NCBI GenBank assembly: GCA_038750765.1
Contig: JBCDGW010000009.1
Coordinates: forward strand, 158-64,157
Length of the DNA stretch: 64,000 bases
Direction of reading: 5' to 3'
From: Pseudomonadota bacterium
GTDB taxonomy: Bacteria; Pseudomonadota; Alphaproteobacteria; Rhodobacterales; Rhodobacteraceae
Both the position numbers and the translations under genes were made by a program. Below the pieces are notes generated by a model that worked only from the letters and a program-made list of their open reading frames with translations, was not told the DNA's origin and did no database searches. Positions 47,249 to 58,300 of the stretch are shown here, piece by piece (the stretch's first letter is position 1; every line of letters begins with the position of its first letter).

Positions 47249-48205
47249 CTATTTCGGATGCCGCAGGCGCGGATTGGTCAGGATTGTCCCGACATCCGCT
47301 GCGAGATTGAGAAGAATGAACGTCGCCGCGAAGATCAGACAGCAGGCTTGCACGATGGGGAAGTCTCGCTTGGACACCGCATCGACAAGCGCCTGACCGA
47401 TGCCGGGATAGACGAAGACCACCTCGACCAAGACAACACCGGTAATCAGATACGCTAGGTTAAGCGCGACCACATTGATGATCGGGGCCCAGGCATTGGG
47501 CAGCGCGTGCTGCACGATCACCTTAAAGGGCGGCATACCCTTCAAGCGGGCCATCTCGATATAGGGCGAGGAAAGCAGATTGATGATCGCTGCACGCGTC
47601 ATCCGCATCATATGCGCCGTGACCACGAGCACCAATGTGAGCGCCGGAAGGAAGGTCCGGTATAGAAGCTCGCCGAAGGTCATATCGTTGCCGAGGCTCG
47701 CAATCGCGGGAAACAAGCTTGTCCGGACAGCGAGATAGAGGATGAGCACGTAGCCCAGGAAGAACTCGGGTGACGAGATCGATGTCAGCGTCAGCACGTT
47801 GGCGACCCGGTCGAAGATGGTGTTGCGGAACAGCGCCACCAGGATGCCGAGGAAGATAGCGATCGGAACCGCGAGCACTGCGGCGTAACAGGCTAGAAAG
47901 AGCGTGTTCATAAACCGGTCCGAGATCGCCTCGGTCACGCGTTCGCCCGACACCAGCGACACCCCGAAATCGCCGCGCACAGCGCCGCCGAGCCAGTCGA
48001 AGTAGCGCACGATTGCCGGACGGTCTAAGCCCAGCCGCTCGCGTAAGGCGTTAACGGTTTCCTCGGTCGCGCTTTGGCCGAGTACGGCTTGAGCAATGTC
48101 ACCAGGAAGCAGTTCAACGGCGAAAAATATTAGGATCGAAACGACAAAAAGTGTGACGAGTCCCAGGCCCAGGCGCTTTAGCACCAGCCCAAGTAAGTCC
48201 CCCAT
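47249..48205 (-). CDS. ABC permease (DppB-like)
   Basis: LPGDIA, YIEMARLKG and HALPNA motifs. Confidence 0.9.
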   Translation of the reverse strand: MGDLLGLVLKRLGLGLVTLFVVSILIFFAVELLPGDIAQAVLGQSATEETVNALRERLGLDRPAIVRYFDWLGGAVRGDFGVSLVSGERVTEAISDRFMNTLFLACYAAVLAVPIAIFLGILVALFRNTIFDRVANVLTLTSISSPEFFLGYVLILYLAVRTSLFPAIASLGNDMTFGELLYRTFLPALTLVLVVTAHMMRMTRAAIINLLSSPYIEMARLKGMPPFKVIVQHALPNAWAPIINVVALNLAYLITGVVLVEVVFVYPGIGQALVDAVSKRDFPIVQACCLIFAATFILLNLAADVGTILTNPRLRHPK

Positions 48206-48325
48206 AGGTCCCTCCACGTGCCGAGCCGTCGACACATATTTTGTTCGGATTTTTGTTGAGCAACCGGCACGTATCTTAAAAGTGCGAGGCCGCGCCGATG
48301 ATCGACGCGGCCCCTGCAACCACCC

Positions 48326-49927
48326 TTACGCGAACCACCAGCGGCTGGCGTAACGATACCCGTCCATCTGCCATGCCGGCGAGAGGTTCTCGCCCCGTTC
48401 GACGCTTGAACGCCGCGCATAGATGAAGTTCGGGAAGTACGGCAGCACCGTGCCCCCGTCATCGCGCGAAAGCACTGCCATTTCGCGGTACATCTCTGCC
48501 CGCAACGTGTCGTCGAGTTCAGATTTCGCCTGCTGAAGCAGTTCGTTGAAGCGCTCGTTCTTCCAACGGCTCTCGTTCCAGGCGGCGTCTTTCTCATAGG
48601 CCAGCGAGTACATCACATCCGGTGTCGGACGTGCGCCCCAGGTGACCATGCACCAAGGCTTCACCAGCCAAACGTCGGACCAATAGCCGTCATTAGGCTC
48701 GCGCACGACGTCGATCGTGATGCCTGCGGCCTTAGCCTGCTCGGAGTAGAGCACGGCCGCGTCGACGGCGCCGGTGGTGATTGAGTCAGCGGTGGAGAAG
48801 CTGACCCTCAGGTCCTCCATCCCCACGCTCGCCAGAAGCGACTTCGCTTGATCCGGGTCGTAGGGTTGCTGATCGACATCATCCGGCCAGTAGGGCATCG
48901 CGGGCGAGTGGTGGAAGTCGTTACCGATTGTGGCCGCGCCGAAGGTGATCTTCTCGATCAGCTCTTCGCGGTTGATCGACAGCTTCAACGCCTTGCGCAC
49001 CTCTGGGATGTCAAATGGCGCCGTGTCGACATGCATCGGCATCGTGATCGCCTGCGCCGACGCCACATTCTCGACGATGATGTCGCGGTTGCGGCTTAGA
49101 AGCCCGAGCGTCTTGTTCTCTAGAAGTGTGGCGGTATCCACGTCGCCGGTGACCAAGGCGGTCTGACGCGCGTTGGGGTCATTGATGACGAGCATCTCGA
49201 TTTCGTCGAAATAAGCGCCTTCGCCGTGCCAGTCATCGTGACGTACCAGGCGCGCCCCGGTGCCGAAGTCCAGATCGACGATCCGGTAGGGGCCCGAGCC
49301 GATGCCCGATTGCCAATCGGCGGTGCCATCGGGGTTCGCGGGCACAATTGCCAGGTGGTAGTCGGTCAGAAGCCAAGGCAGGTCGGCGTTACCGGAACCG
49401 AGCACGAAGGTGATGCTGTCACCGCCATCGCGGATATCGGTCACCCCGGCCAGCAGCGATTTTGCAGCCGACGTTGACGCATCGCCACGGTGATAGTTCA
49501 TCGACGCGATCACATCATTTGAGGTAACCTTGTTGCCGTTGTGGAACGTCGCCGCGCTGTTGAGCTTGAACGTCCACTCGGTGGCATCAGGCGTGGCTGA
49601 CCACTCGGTCGCCAGGTCTGGTCCAAGGGTGCCATCCGCGTTGATCATCGTCAGGAACGAGCGGTGCGTGTGCACCAAGCCGATGTCGAAGTTCGACTGA
49701 TAAACCCCGAGATCGTGGGTGTCGGACGTGTTGCCGTCATGCTGAGCAACGCGCAGAGTGCCGCCCGATTTGGGTTGCGATAGCGCCGAGCTGGTCCAGA
49801 GCCCTGTCGCGGTGACAGCGGTTAGACCGGCAGCAATCGAGTGGTGCATAAAGTTCCGGCGCGAGATTTTGCCCGTCCGCGCGGCGTCGGCCAAGCGGTC
49901 GATTTGCATTTGGTTCTTCTTGGTCAT
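48326..49927 (-). CDS. Tat-exported family-5 ABC substrate-binding protein
   Basis: ISRRNF twin-arginine motif, TFHNG, GSGPY. Confidence 0.9.
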   Translation of the reverse strand: MTKKNQMQIDRLADAARTGKISRRNFMHHSIAAGLTAVTATGLWTSSALSQPKSGGTLRVAQHDGNTSDTHDLGVYQSNFDIGLVHTHRSFLTMINADGTLGPDLATEWSATPDATEWTFKLNSAATFHNGNKVTSNDVIASMNYHRGDASTSAAKSLLAGVTDIRDGGDSITFVLGSGNADLPWLLTDYHLAIVPANPDGTADWQSGIGSGPYRIVDLDFGTGARLVRHDDWHGEGAYFDEIEMLVINDPNARQTALVTGDVDTATLLENKTLGLLSRNRDIIVENVASAQAITMPMHVDTAPFDIPEVRKALKLSINREELIEKITFGAATIGNDFHHSPAMPYWPDDVDQQPYDPDQAKSLLASVGMEDLRVSFSTADSITTGAVDAAVLYSEQAKAAGITIDVVREPNDGYWSDVWLVKPWCMVTWGARPTPDVMYSLAYEKDAAWNESRWKNERFNELLQQAKSELDDTLRAEMYREMAVLSRDDGGTVLPYFPNFIYARRSSVERGENLSPAWQMDGYRYASRWWFA

Positions 49928-50141
49928 GGAGTCTCCCAGGTTGGACTTTCTCATGTATGCGCGGCATGGCCACGCTTGAGTCCCAGTTCAAAGGTTTCGT
50001 CACTCCACCAGGATAGGTGGGACAAAACCGACATTTCATAAGCAAAACACGAAACTGGCCTGACATCCATGCTTTTTGCAGGAATTTCGTGGCCGATTTT
50101 GCAGCGAATCCTTTACGTCAAACCGTGCGGGCGCTGAATCT

Positions 50142-51158
50142 TTAGCGCAAAGCCTCTAATTGCGTCACCAGCGCCCGGCTCGCCTTGACGCCGTTTTTCT
50201 CTGCTGTTGCGCGTCGAACTAAGCGCCCATCGCCCGGGACGCGGGCATCCCCGTTGTTATCAATCTCGCCACAGATCCGCGCCACCATGGTGTCGAAATG
50301 CGCGTTGCCCCAAGCTTCGGGGTTGATCGCGATCAGTGTCACGCCGCCTTTGATGTTAAGCGCCTCGTGGCGTTCCCGCTCGGCATTGTCCAACGCGAGC
50401 GTCCCGCCAGCAAGCGCAGCGCATAGCACCTCGACCATGAAGGCGATGGCGCTGCCTTTATGGTCGCCGAAGGGCAGCAAGGCCCGGGTCTCCAAAATCT
50501 CGGCCGGATCTTTGGTGCCCTGTCCGGCGGTGTCGAGGCCCCCTTCGATTGGCAGGGTTTTGCCCTCAGCCGCGGCCATCCGCACATCCATCAAGGCGAC
50601 CACCGAAGACGCCTGATCCCAAACGATGGGGGGACCGCTAGCGCGCGGGCACGCAAACGACATCGGGTTGGTGCCAAAGACCGGTCGCCGTCCGCCATGG
50701 GGCACCACCATCGACAGCGAGTTCACCGCGCCTATGGCGACCAGCCCGGCCTCGGCAAGCGGTTCCGTATCAAAGCGCATCCCTGCCAGATGGTGGCAGT
50801 TAGCACAGGTGAAGGCCGCAATCCCTTGGCGCCGGGCCAGGTCGATAAATTCTGCGCGCCCCTTCTCCGCGGCAATCTGAAAATAGCCGTTATCACCGTC
50901 CGCTCGCATGACCCCCGGAGCCGGTTGCGTGATCATTGGGCGCGCATCGGGGTTCGCATAGCCTGAGGCAAAACTCTGCGCGTACGCTGGTAACATGCGC
51001 AAACCGTGGCTGCGCGGGCCGTCGCGTTCGGACTTGGTGACGATGTCGGCGAGGATATCGCTTCCTGCGGCGTTCATCCCCGCCTTGATCAGCACCGCCT
51101 TGGCTAGGTCGCGCACGGCCTGCAAGCTCATCGTGAGGGTGTCGTCGGTCTGGTCCAT
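50142..51158 (-). CDS. Ldh_2-family oxidoreductase (DpkA/malate-lactate dehydrogenase 2 type)
   Basis: ERDGPRSHG, FGTNPMSF, PFGDHKG and RVPG motifs. Confidence 0.9.
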   Translation of the reverse strand: MDQTDDTLTMSLQAVRDLAKAVLIKAGMNAAGSDILADIVTKSERDGPRSHGLRMLPAYAQSFASGYANPDARPMITQPAPGVMRADGDNGYFQIAAEKGRAEFIDLARRQGIAAFTCANCHHLAGMRFDTEPLAEAGLVAIGAVNSLSMVVPHGGRRPVFGTNPMSFACPRASGPPIVWDQASSVVALMDVRMAAAEGKTLPIEGGLDTAGQGTKDPAEILETRALLPFGDHKGSAIAFMVEVLCAALAGGTLALDNAERERHEALNIKGGVTLIAINPEAWGNAHFDTMVARICGEIDNNGDARVPGDGRLVRRATAEKNGVKASRALVTQLEALR

Positions 51159-51264
51159 GGCGGCCTCGCTCTTTAATCGTGCGGCGTTTGTATCTTTGCC
51201 ACACCATCGGCTCACTTGGGCCGCGCGTGGCGGCGATGGCGCCCGTGCATGCGTGGCGGTGGCG

Positions 51265-52290
51265 TTATCGGCCGCTTTCGCCCGAAAGGGTGACCAGCAC
51301 GTCGTCGCGATCCAAGACGCCGATGCACCGTCCTTCCTCCATCACATCGACGCTTTTAGCGTTGACCAGCTTGGGCAGCGCATCACGCACCAGCATTTCA
51401 CCGGGTAAAGCCTCGCCACCGCCGCTTTCCATGCCTGGCTGCATGACGTCACACAGCCTCAACACGCCGAGCGGGTTCATATTCTGCACAAAATCAGCGA
51501 CATAAGCCGTCGCAGGGTTGCGGAAGATGTCTTGCGGGGTACCGCATTGCACGATGCGCCCCCCTTCCATGATGGCGATGCGGTTGCCCAGCTTGAACGC
51601 CTCATCCAGATCGTGACTGACAAAGATCAGCGTGCGCTTGAGGCCTCTCTGTAACTCAAGCAACTCATCTTGGAGCTTGGTGCGGATCAGCGGGTCGAGC
51701 GCGGAGAACGGTTCATCCATCAGCAGGATCGGCGCTTGGGTGACAAACGCGCGGGCGAGGCCAACGCGTTGCTGCATGCCGCCGGAGAGCTCACCGACCT
51801 TGCGGTTTCCCCAATCAGACAATCCGACCAGTTGAAGCTGCGCGTCCACCCGTGGCTCTGCTTCGGCTTTAGGGATGCCGGCCAGTTCCAGTGGTAGAAT
51901 GACGTTTTCGCGCACGCTGCGCCACGGCAGCAGGCCGAACTGCTGAAACACCATCGCGATGCGGTCGGTGCGCAACCGCCGCAACGCCTGTTCGCTCGCT
52001 TGGGTGACATTGACCATGCCAACACCGTCATTGACCAAGACATCCCCGCGGGCCACCGGGTTGAGGCCGTTCGCGGCGCGCAGAAGGGTGGATTTACCCG
52101 ACCCGGAGAGGCCCATGAGCACCAAGATCTCGCCCTCGGCGACGTCGACGCTGCAATCGTGTACCCCAAGCACTTGGTCTGTCTGCGTCTGGATCTCGGC
52201 CCGGTCTTTGCCCGCGTCCATCATCGGCAGCGCTTTGTCAGGACGGTCGCCGAACACGATGGAGACATTTTGAAACGAGACCATACTCAT
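51265..52290 (-). CDS. choV: Choline ABC transporter ATP-binding protein
   Basis: GLSGSGKS, LSGGMQQRVG, DEPFSALDP; third gene of a ProU-like operon. Confidence 0.85.
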   Translation of the reverse strand: MSMVSFQNVSIVFGDRPDKALPMMDAGKDRAEIQTQTDQVLGVHDCSVDVAEGEILVLMGLSGSGKSTLLRAANGLNPVARGDVLVNDGVGMVNVTQASEQALRRLRTDRIAMVFQQFGLLPWRSVRENVILPLELAGIPKAEAEPRVDAQLQLVGLSDWGNRKVGELSGGMQQRVGLARAFVTQAPILLMDEPFSALDPLIRTKLQDELLELQRGLKRTLIFVSHDLDEAFKLGNRIAIMEGGRIVQCGTPQDIFRNPATAYVADFVQNMNPLGVLRLCDVMQPGMESGGGEALPGEMLVRDALPKLVNAKSVDVMEEGRCIGVLDRDDVLVTLSGESGR

Positions 52291-53123
52291 CGGCGACCGC
52301 TCATGTTGAGGATCCGGTCGAGCATGATGGCGACCACAACGATGACGAACCCGCTTTCAAAGCCGAGTGCGGTATTCACCTGACTGAGCGCGCGCATTAC
52401 CGGCACGCCCAGGCCATCGGCGCCGACAAGCGCGGCGATCACCACCATACTCAGCGAGAGCATGATCGTCTGGTTCAGCCCCGCCATGATCTGCGGGAAG
52501 GCGTAAGGTAATTCCACCTTCAACAGCGTCTGCCGCGGGGTCGCACCAAACGCGCGCGCCGCTTCCAAAAGCGCTTGTGGGGTGGATGAGACGCCGAGAT
52601 AGGTCAGGCGGATCGGCGCGGGGACAACGAAAATGACCGTGGCGAGCAAGCCCGGCACCATGCCGATCCCAAAAAACACCACCGCTGGGATAAGATAAAC
52701 GAACGTGGGCAGGGTCTGCATCAGGTCGAGAACCGGGCGCATCGAGGTATAGAGCCGGGGCCGATGCGCGGCGGCAATCCCAACCGGCACGCCGATGGCC
52801 ATGCAGACAACGCAGGCCGAAAGCACGAGTGTCAGGCTTTCGGTCGTCTCCTCCCAATACCCTTGGTTCAAGATGAACACGAACCCAGCCATGACAAAGA
52901 GGCATGTCTTCCAGCTTCGTTGGATCATCCAGGTGATGCCGACGAAGGCGGCGATAATCAGAAGGGGATGCGGTGTTTGCAGGAGCCACAGGAACGCCTC
53001 GATCAGCGCTTCAAGCGTGACGTCCATGCCGTCGAAAAACCAGGCGCCGTTGGCCTGCAGCCAATCAAACGCATCCCCCGCCACCTTGCCGACCGGGATT
53101 TTTGTATCGGTGATCCAGCTCAT
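52287..53123 (-). CDS. choW: Choline ABC transporter permease
   Basis: LDLMQTLPTFVYLIP and NQTIMLSLSMVV motifs. Confidence 0.85.
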   Translation of the reverse strand: MSWITDTKIPVGKVAGDAFDWLQANGAWFFDGMDVTLEALIEAFLWLLQTPHPLLIIAAFVGITWMIQRSWKTCLFVMAGFVFILNQGYWEETTESLTLVLSACVVCMAIGVPVGIAAAHRPRLYTSMRPVLDLMQTLPTFVYLIPAVVFFGIGMVPGLLATVIFVVPAPIRLTYLGVSSTPQALLEAARAFGATPRQTLLKVELPYAFPQIMAGLNQTIMLSLSMVVIAALVGADGLGVPVMRALSQVNTALGFESGFVIVVVAIMLDRILNMSGRR

Positions 53124-53159
53124 CGTTGGGCCCCCGCCTTGGCTGCGAGGGCCTAGGCC

Positions 53160-54080
53160 TTAGAGGTCCAGCGCTGCTTTGACCGCGGCCATCGCATCGC
53201 CACCATCGATGGTGGTCACCCCTTCGAGCCAACCGTCAAGAATGCCGGGGTTTGCGCTCAGCCAAGTCTTAGCAGCATCGGCAGGGTCGGCGCCGTCATT
53301 GAGGATCGCGCCCATGATCTCGTTCTCCATCGCCAGCGTGAATTCCAGATTGTTGAGTAACGCACCTACATTCGGGCACGCATCGACATATCCCGCGCTG
53401 GTATTGGTGAAGACCGTCGCGCCGCCCAGATCGGGGCCAAAGAACTCATCGCCGCCTTCAAGATAGGTCATCTCAAAATTGGCGTTCATCGGGTGCGGTT
53501 CCCAGCCGAGGAAGACGACTGGCTCATCGCGGCGCTCGGCGCGGCCGACCTGCGCCAGCATCCCTTGCTCCGAGCTTTCCACGACCTCGAAACCTTCGAG
53601 GCCAAACGCATTGCTATCGATCATCGACTGGATCAAGCGGTTGCCGTCATTGCCAGGCTCGATCCCGTAGATCTTGCCTTCGAGCGCCTCAGCATTGGCA
53701 GCGATTGACGCGAAATCGGTAATGCCAAGCGCGGCCCCTGCGGCATTGGTGGCCAGCGTGTATTTCGCGCCCTCCAGATTGGCGCGGACAGTGTCGACCG
53801 TGCCCGCGTCACGATAGGCGGCAATGTCGCCCTCCATCGTCGGCATCCAATTGCCCAAGAACACGTCGATATCGCCCTCGGCCATCGACGCATAGGTCAC
53901 CGGCACAGAAAGCACCTTGATATCGGTCTCGTAGCCCAACGCATCGAGAACCACGCTCGTGGCTGCCGTCGTCGCGGTGATATCCGTCCATCCAACATCA
54001 GAGAAGGTGACAGTGCCGCATTCGGCAAAAGCGCTGGTGGCGGAAAAAACAAGGGCGGGCAGGGTCGCAAGATAGCGCAT
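53160..54080 (-). CDS. choX: Choline ABC transporter substrate-binding protein
   Basis: SDVGWTDI, LGNWMPTM, GIEPGNDGN and LGWEPHPMN (ChoX-type aromatic cage motifs). Confidence 0.88.
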   Translation of the reverse strand: MRYLATLPALVFSATSAFAECGTVTFSDVGWTDITATTAATSVVLDALGYETDIKVLSVPVTYASMAEGDIDVFLGNWMPTMEGDIAAYRDAGTVDTVRANLEGAKYTLATNAAGAALGITDFASIAANAEALEGKIYGIEPGNDGNRLIQSMIDSNAFGLEGFEVVESSEQGMLAQVGRAERRDEPVVFLGWEPHPMNANFEMTYLEGGDEFFGPDLGGATVFTNTSAGYVDACPNVGALLNNLEFTLAMENEIMGAILNDGADPADAAKTWLSANPGILDGWLEGVTTIDGGDAMAAVKAALDL

Positions 54081-54256
54081 GAGGGGTCTCCCATTAACGT
54101 TGGTTGCCCAATGAGCCCATCGCATCCGCTGATTTGCAAGCCCTTTCGGACAGCAAGCGACTGGAATTCCGGCGTCGCGCGGACCGTGATCGTAAAACAG
54201 GAGCGGCGCGTTTGATAAACTTGATGCGCGGTCTTGGAAATGTTTCCAATTCGGTT

Positions 54257-54277
54257 TTATGTGACCAGATCACATAA
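54257..54277. promoter_or_regulatory. Operator-like palindrome upstream of the RND operon
   Basis: TTATGTGA-CCAGA-TCACATAA perfect 8-bp inverted repeat just before the RBS. Confidence 0.6.
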
Positions 54278-54293
54278 TGGGAGAGGCTGGTTC

Positions 54294-55340
54294 ATGCGCA
54301 GGCTTGCTTTTGTTGTTTGGACAACCGTGTTCGTCGCTGCGACGGCGGTGACTTCGGTGGCGCAAGAGGCGCTCCCCCGGCCCGTGATTTTGATGACCGT
54401 GGCGGGCAATGGCGCATCGGAGTCCCGCCAGTTTTTCGGCAAAGTGGTTGCGCGGCAAACCGTGGATCTAGCGTTTCAAGTGGGTGGTCAGCTGGTGCGC
54501 TTCCCAGCCCAAGAGGGCGAAGTGATCCCGATGGGTTCGCTTGTGGCGGAAATGGATTTGGAGCCGTTCGAATTACCGGTCAGACAGGCTGAGCTGCAAC
54601 TCGAGCAAGCCGAGCGCACCTTGGCGCGTTTGAGCCAGCTCACGGTGTCGGTCTCTGAGGTTCAGTTGCAAGATGCGGAAACAGCAGCGGCCCTCGCAGC
54701 GGTGACCCTTCGCAACGCAGAAGTGGCCCTGGAGAATGCCACGTTGGTTGCGCCTTTCACCGCGCTGGTGGCAAGCCGCAATGTGGCCAACTTCACCACC
54801 GTCAATGCCGGAACTCCGGTGGTGCGCCTGCATGACATGTCCGAACTCCGCATCGAAATCGACGTGCCCGAGATCCTGTTTCAGCAGGCTGGCAGCGACG
54901 CAAACGTGGTGCTCGAGGCGCGTTTTCCCACGAGCGATACCACCTATCCCCTTGAGTTACGTGAATTTAATGCTGAGGCCTCGCCCGTGGGGCAGAGCTT
55001 TCGCATCACTTTGGCCCTTCCAGATGCCAATGGGCTCGGGGTTTTGCCCGGTAGCTCGGTTACGGTTCTGGCGTCCTTGCGCGATCAGGGGGATAACCTG
55101 TTGGTCCCGGCAAGCGCCGTGCGCATCGGCAATGATGGCGCGACCAGCGTCATGCGCTTTGAACCCGGCGACGAGGGGGCGGGAACAGTGACTGAGGTCT
55201 CCGTTGAGGTGGAGGCGACCCGCGACGGGCTTCTGCGCGTGGTCAGCGGGCTGGCGCCTGGCGACGAAATTGTCCGAACCGGCGCGCATCTGCTCAGCGA
55301 TGGCCAGACCGTGCGGCGATTTGAAGGCTTCTCCAATTGA
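54294..55340 (+). CDS. RND efflux membrane fusion protein
   Basis: LAFQVGG, lipoyl/hairpin pattern, LVAPF, GLAPGD; precedes an AcrB-like gene. Confidence 0.9.
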   Translation: MRRLAFVVWTTVFVAATAVTSVAQEALPRPVILMTVAGNGASESRQFFGKVVARQTVDLAFQVGGQLVRFPAQEGEVIPMGSLVAEMDLEPFELPVRQAELQLEQAERTLARLSQLTVSVSEVQLQDAETAAALAAVTLRNAEVALENATLVAPFTALVASRNVANFTTVNAGTPVVRLHDMSELRIEIDVPEILFQQAGSDANVVLEARFPTSDTTYPLELREFNAEASPVGQSFRITLALPDANGLGVLPGSSVTVLASLRDQGDNLLVPASAVRIGNDGATSVMRFEPGDEGAGTVTEVSVEVEATRDGLLRVVSGLAPGDEIVRTGAHLLSDGQTVRRFEGFSN

Positions 55341-55351
55341 GCGGCGCCTCG

Positions 55352-58300
55352 ATGTCGATCGCACGCGGCTCGATCGAAAACCCGATCCTGACCTGGCTTT
55401 TGATCCTGACATGCTTTTTCGGCGGGATTTGGGGCTTTAACTCCCTCGGACGGCTTGAAGACCCGGCCTTCACCATCAAGCAGGCGGTGGTGATCACGCA
55501 GTATACCGGGGCTTCCGCCGAGCAGGTGGCGATTGAGGTGTCCGAGCCGCTAGAGGCAGCCATTCAGAGGATGGCGGAGGTTCGCCGTGTCACCTCCCGG
55601 AACATGCCGGGCCTGTCGCGCCTCGATGTTGAAGTCGTCGACACAATCGGCGGCGACGAGCTGCCGCGGATTTGGACCGAGTTGCGTGAGCGGATCACCA
55701 ATATCCAAGGGGAGCTGCCCGACGGCGCTGGCGTGCCTTTTGTAGACGACGGGTTCGGCGACGTCTTCGGTATCTTCTTTGCGGTCACCACGCCGGGGTT
55801 TAATGACCGTGAGCGGTTTGATCTCGCCACATTTCTGCGCCGCGAGTTTCTGGCAGTCGAAGGCGTGGCCGATGTGGACGTGAGTGGTCTGGCCGATGAG
55901 GCGATCTTCGTTGAGCCAAACCTCACAGTCGCGGCCAATCTCGGCATTAACCCGCAAGTGATTGTTCAGGCGATTGCCACGGCGAACAGCGTCTCTGCGG
56001 CCGGGGCGGTCGAAACCGATGAGGGCACCCGCACCAGGATAAAAGCCCCCGAAGGCTCAGACACCGTTGCCGATATCGCCGCTCTCACCATCGGCGTGGG
56101 CGGCGAAACCATAAATCTCATCGATATCGCTGATGTCTCGCGCGGTCGTACCGACAACCCAAGCCTCATCGTGCGGTTCAACGGCGAAGAGGCGTTTACG
56201 GTCGGTGTTGCCGGGATCAGCGACGAGAACATCGTTGAGATCGGCAACCGCGTCGATGCGCGCCTGGCGGAACTGATGGCCGAGATCCCCTACGGCGTTG
56301 AGGTGCACCCGATCTATCAGCAGCACGTGGTTGTGGATGAAAGCTCCAATGGCTTTCTGGTCAATCTGGCTATGTCGGTTGCTATCGTCGTGTTCGTGCT
56401 CGGCGTCTTTATGGGCGTCCGCGCCGCGTTTGTGGTTGGGGTTACGCTCCTTCTTACTGTTATCGGCACGCTTTTGTTCATGGCGCTCTTCTCGATCGAG
56501 ATGGAGCGTATCTCGCTCGGTGCACTGATTATCGCGATGGGTATGTTGGTGGATAACGCCATCGTGGTGGCCGAGGGCATGCAAATCGCGATGCTGCGCG
56601 GCAAGAGCTCGCGGGTTGCCGCCGACGAGGCTGCGAGCAAAACCCAGATCCCGCTGCTAGGCGCCACAGTGATCGGCATTATGGCGTTCGCCGGCATCGG
56701 TCTATCGCCGGATTCCACGGGCGAGTTTATGTTTTCGCTCTTTGCTGTGATCGGCATTTCGCTGCTTCTTTCTTGGGTTCTGGCGATCACCGTCACGCCG
56801 CTTCTGGGCCATTACGCGTTCAAGCAAGGCAGCGAAGACGCGGGAGACGCCTATAGCGGCTTTATCTTTCGTGCCTATGCCAAGCTTTTGGCGGGCGCGC
56901 TGCGCATTCGCTGGTTAGTCGTGTTGATGCTCATCGGCGTCACCGCCGCGTGCCTCGTGGGGTTTGGCCAGGTACGCCAGCAGTTCTTTCCTAATTCGAA
57001 CACCCCGCTGTTTCTGACCCACCTCACCATGCGGCAAGGCACGCCCATCGAGGAAACCGCGGCGCAAATGGCGATGCTCGAGGCGTTTTTGGCCGACCGC
57101 AGCGACGTTGTTGCGTTCTCAAGCTTTATCGGTCAGGGCGCCACGCGGTTCTTGCTCACCTATAGCAGCGAGCCACCCAACTCTGCCTACGGGCACCTTA
57201 TCGTGCGGACGTCGAGCTTGGACGAAATTCCGCCCCTGCAAAAAGCGCTCGAAGCCTTTGCCGCCGAGGCCGTACCCGACGTGGAGTTTCGCACCGAGCG
57301 GCTTGTTTTTGGGCCAGGGGCGGGCAGCCCGGTGCAGGTGCGTTTTTCGGGCGGTGACCGCGAAGTGTTGCGTGACTTGGCCGATACCGCCATCGCTGTC
57401 ATGCTTGAGGCGTCGCCCGATATCCTCAACCCACGGGTCAATTGGCGTGAGCAGGAATTGGTGTTGACCCCGAGATACAACACCGACCGGGCTCAATCGG
57501 CGGGCGTGAGCCGCGATGATGTGGCGCAAATCCTGCGCTTCGCCACCGACGGGGAGGTGATGGGCCTCTATCGCGAGGAAGAGCGCTCGATCCCGATCAT
57601 TCTCCGCCTTGCTCAGTCCTCGGATGTGGGCATCCTCGACCAGGTGCTGATCGCTCAGGATGGCCAAACGCTGCTTTCTTTGGAGCAGGTCGTTGATGGG
57701 TTCGAGTTAACCTCAGAAGATACGTTGATCATGCGGCGCGATCGGCTGCCCACAATCACCGTGGGCGCCTCCATTCCCACCGAGCGCACAGCGGCGGAAG
57801 TCCTCGATCAGGTGCGCGCCGCGGTTGAGGAAATTCCGCTGCCGGTAGGTTTTCGCATGGAATGGGGCGGCGAGTTTGAAAGCTCAAGCGAGGCCAATGA
57901 GAGCCTTGGCTCGCAACTGCCGATCACCATCCTGATCATGGTTTTGATCTCGGTGCTCCTCTTCAATGCGCTGCGCCAGCCATTGATCATCTGGCTGCTG
58001 GTGCCGATGTCGATCAACGGCGTGGTGCTTGGCCTTTTGGGAACCAATCTACCGTTTACGTTCACCGCGCTTTTGGGGCTTTTGAGCCTGTCGGGCATGC
58101 TGATCAAGAACGGGATCGTGCTGGTTGAGGAGATCGACCTCACCAAGGCGGAGGTCAAGCCCCTGCGCAAAGCCATTATCGAGGCTTCAACATCGCGTCT
58201 CCGTCCTGTTTTGCTGGCGGCGAGTACCACCATCCTTGGGATGATCCCGCTTCTGAGCGACGCGTTCTTCGTCTCAATGGCGGTTACGATTATGGGCGGT

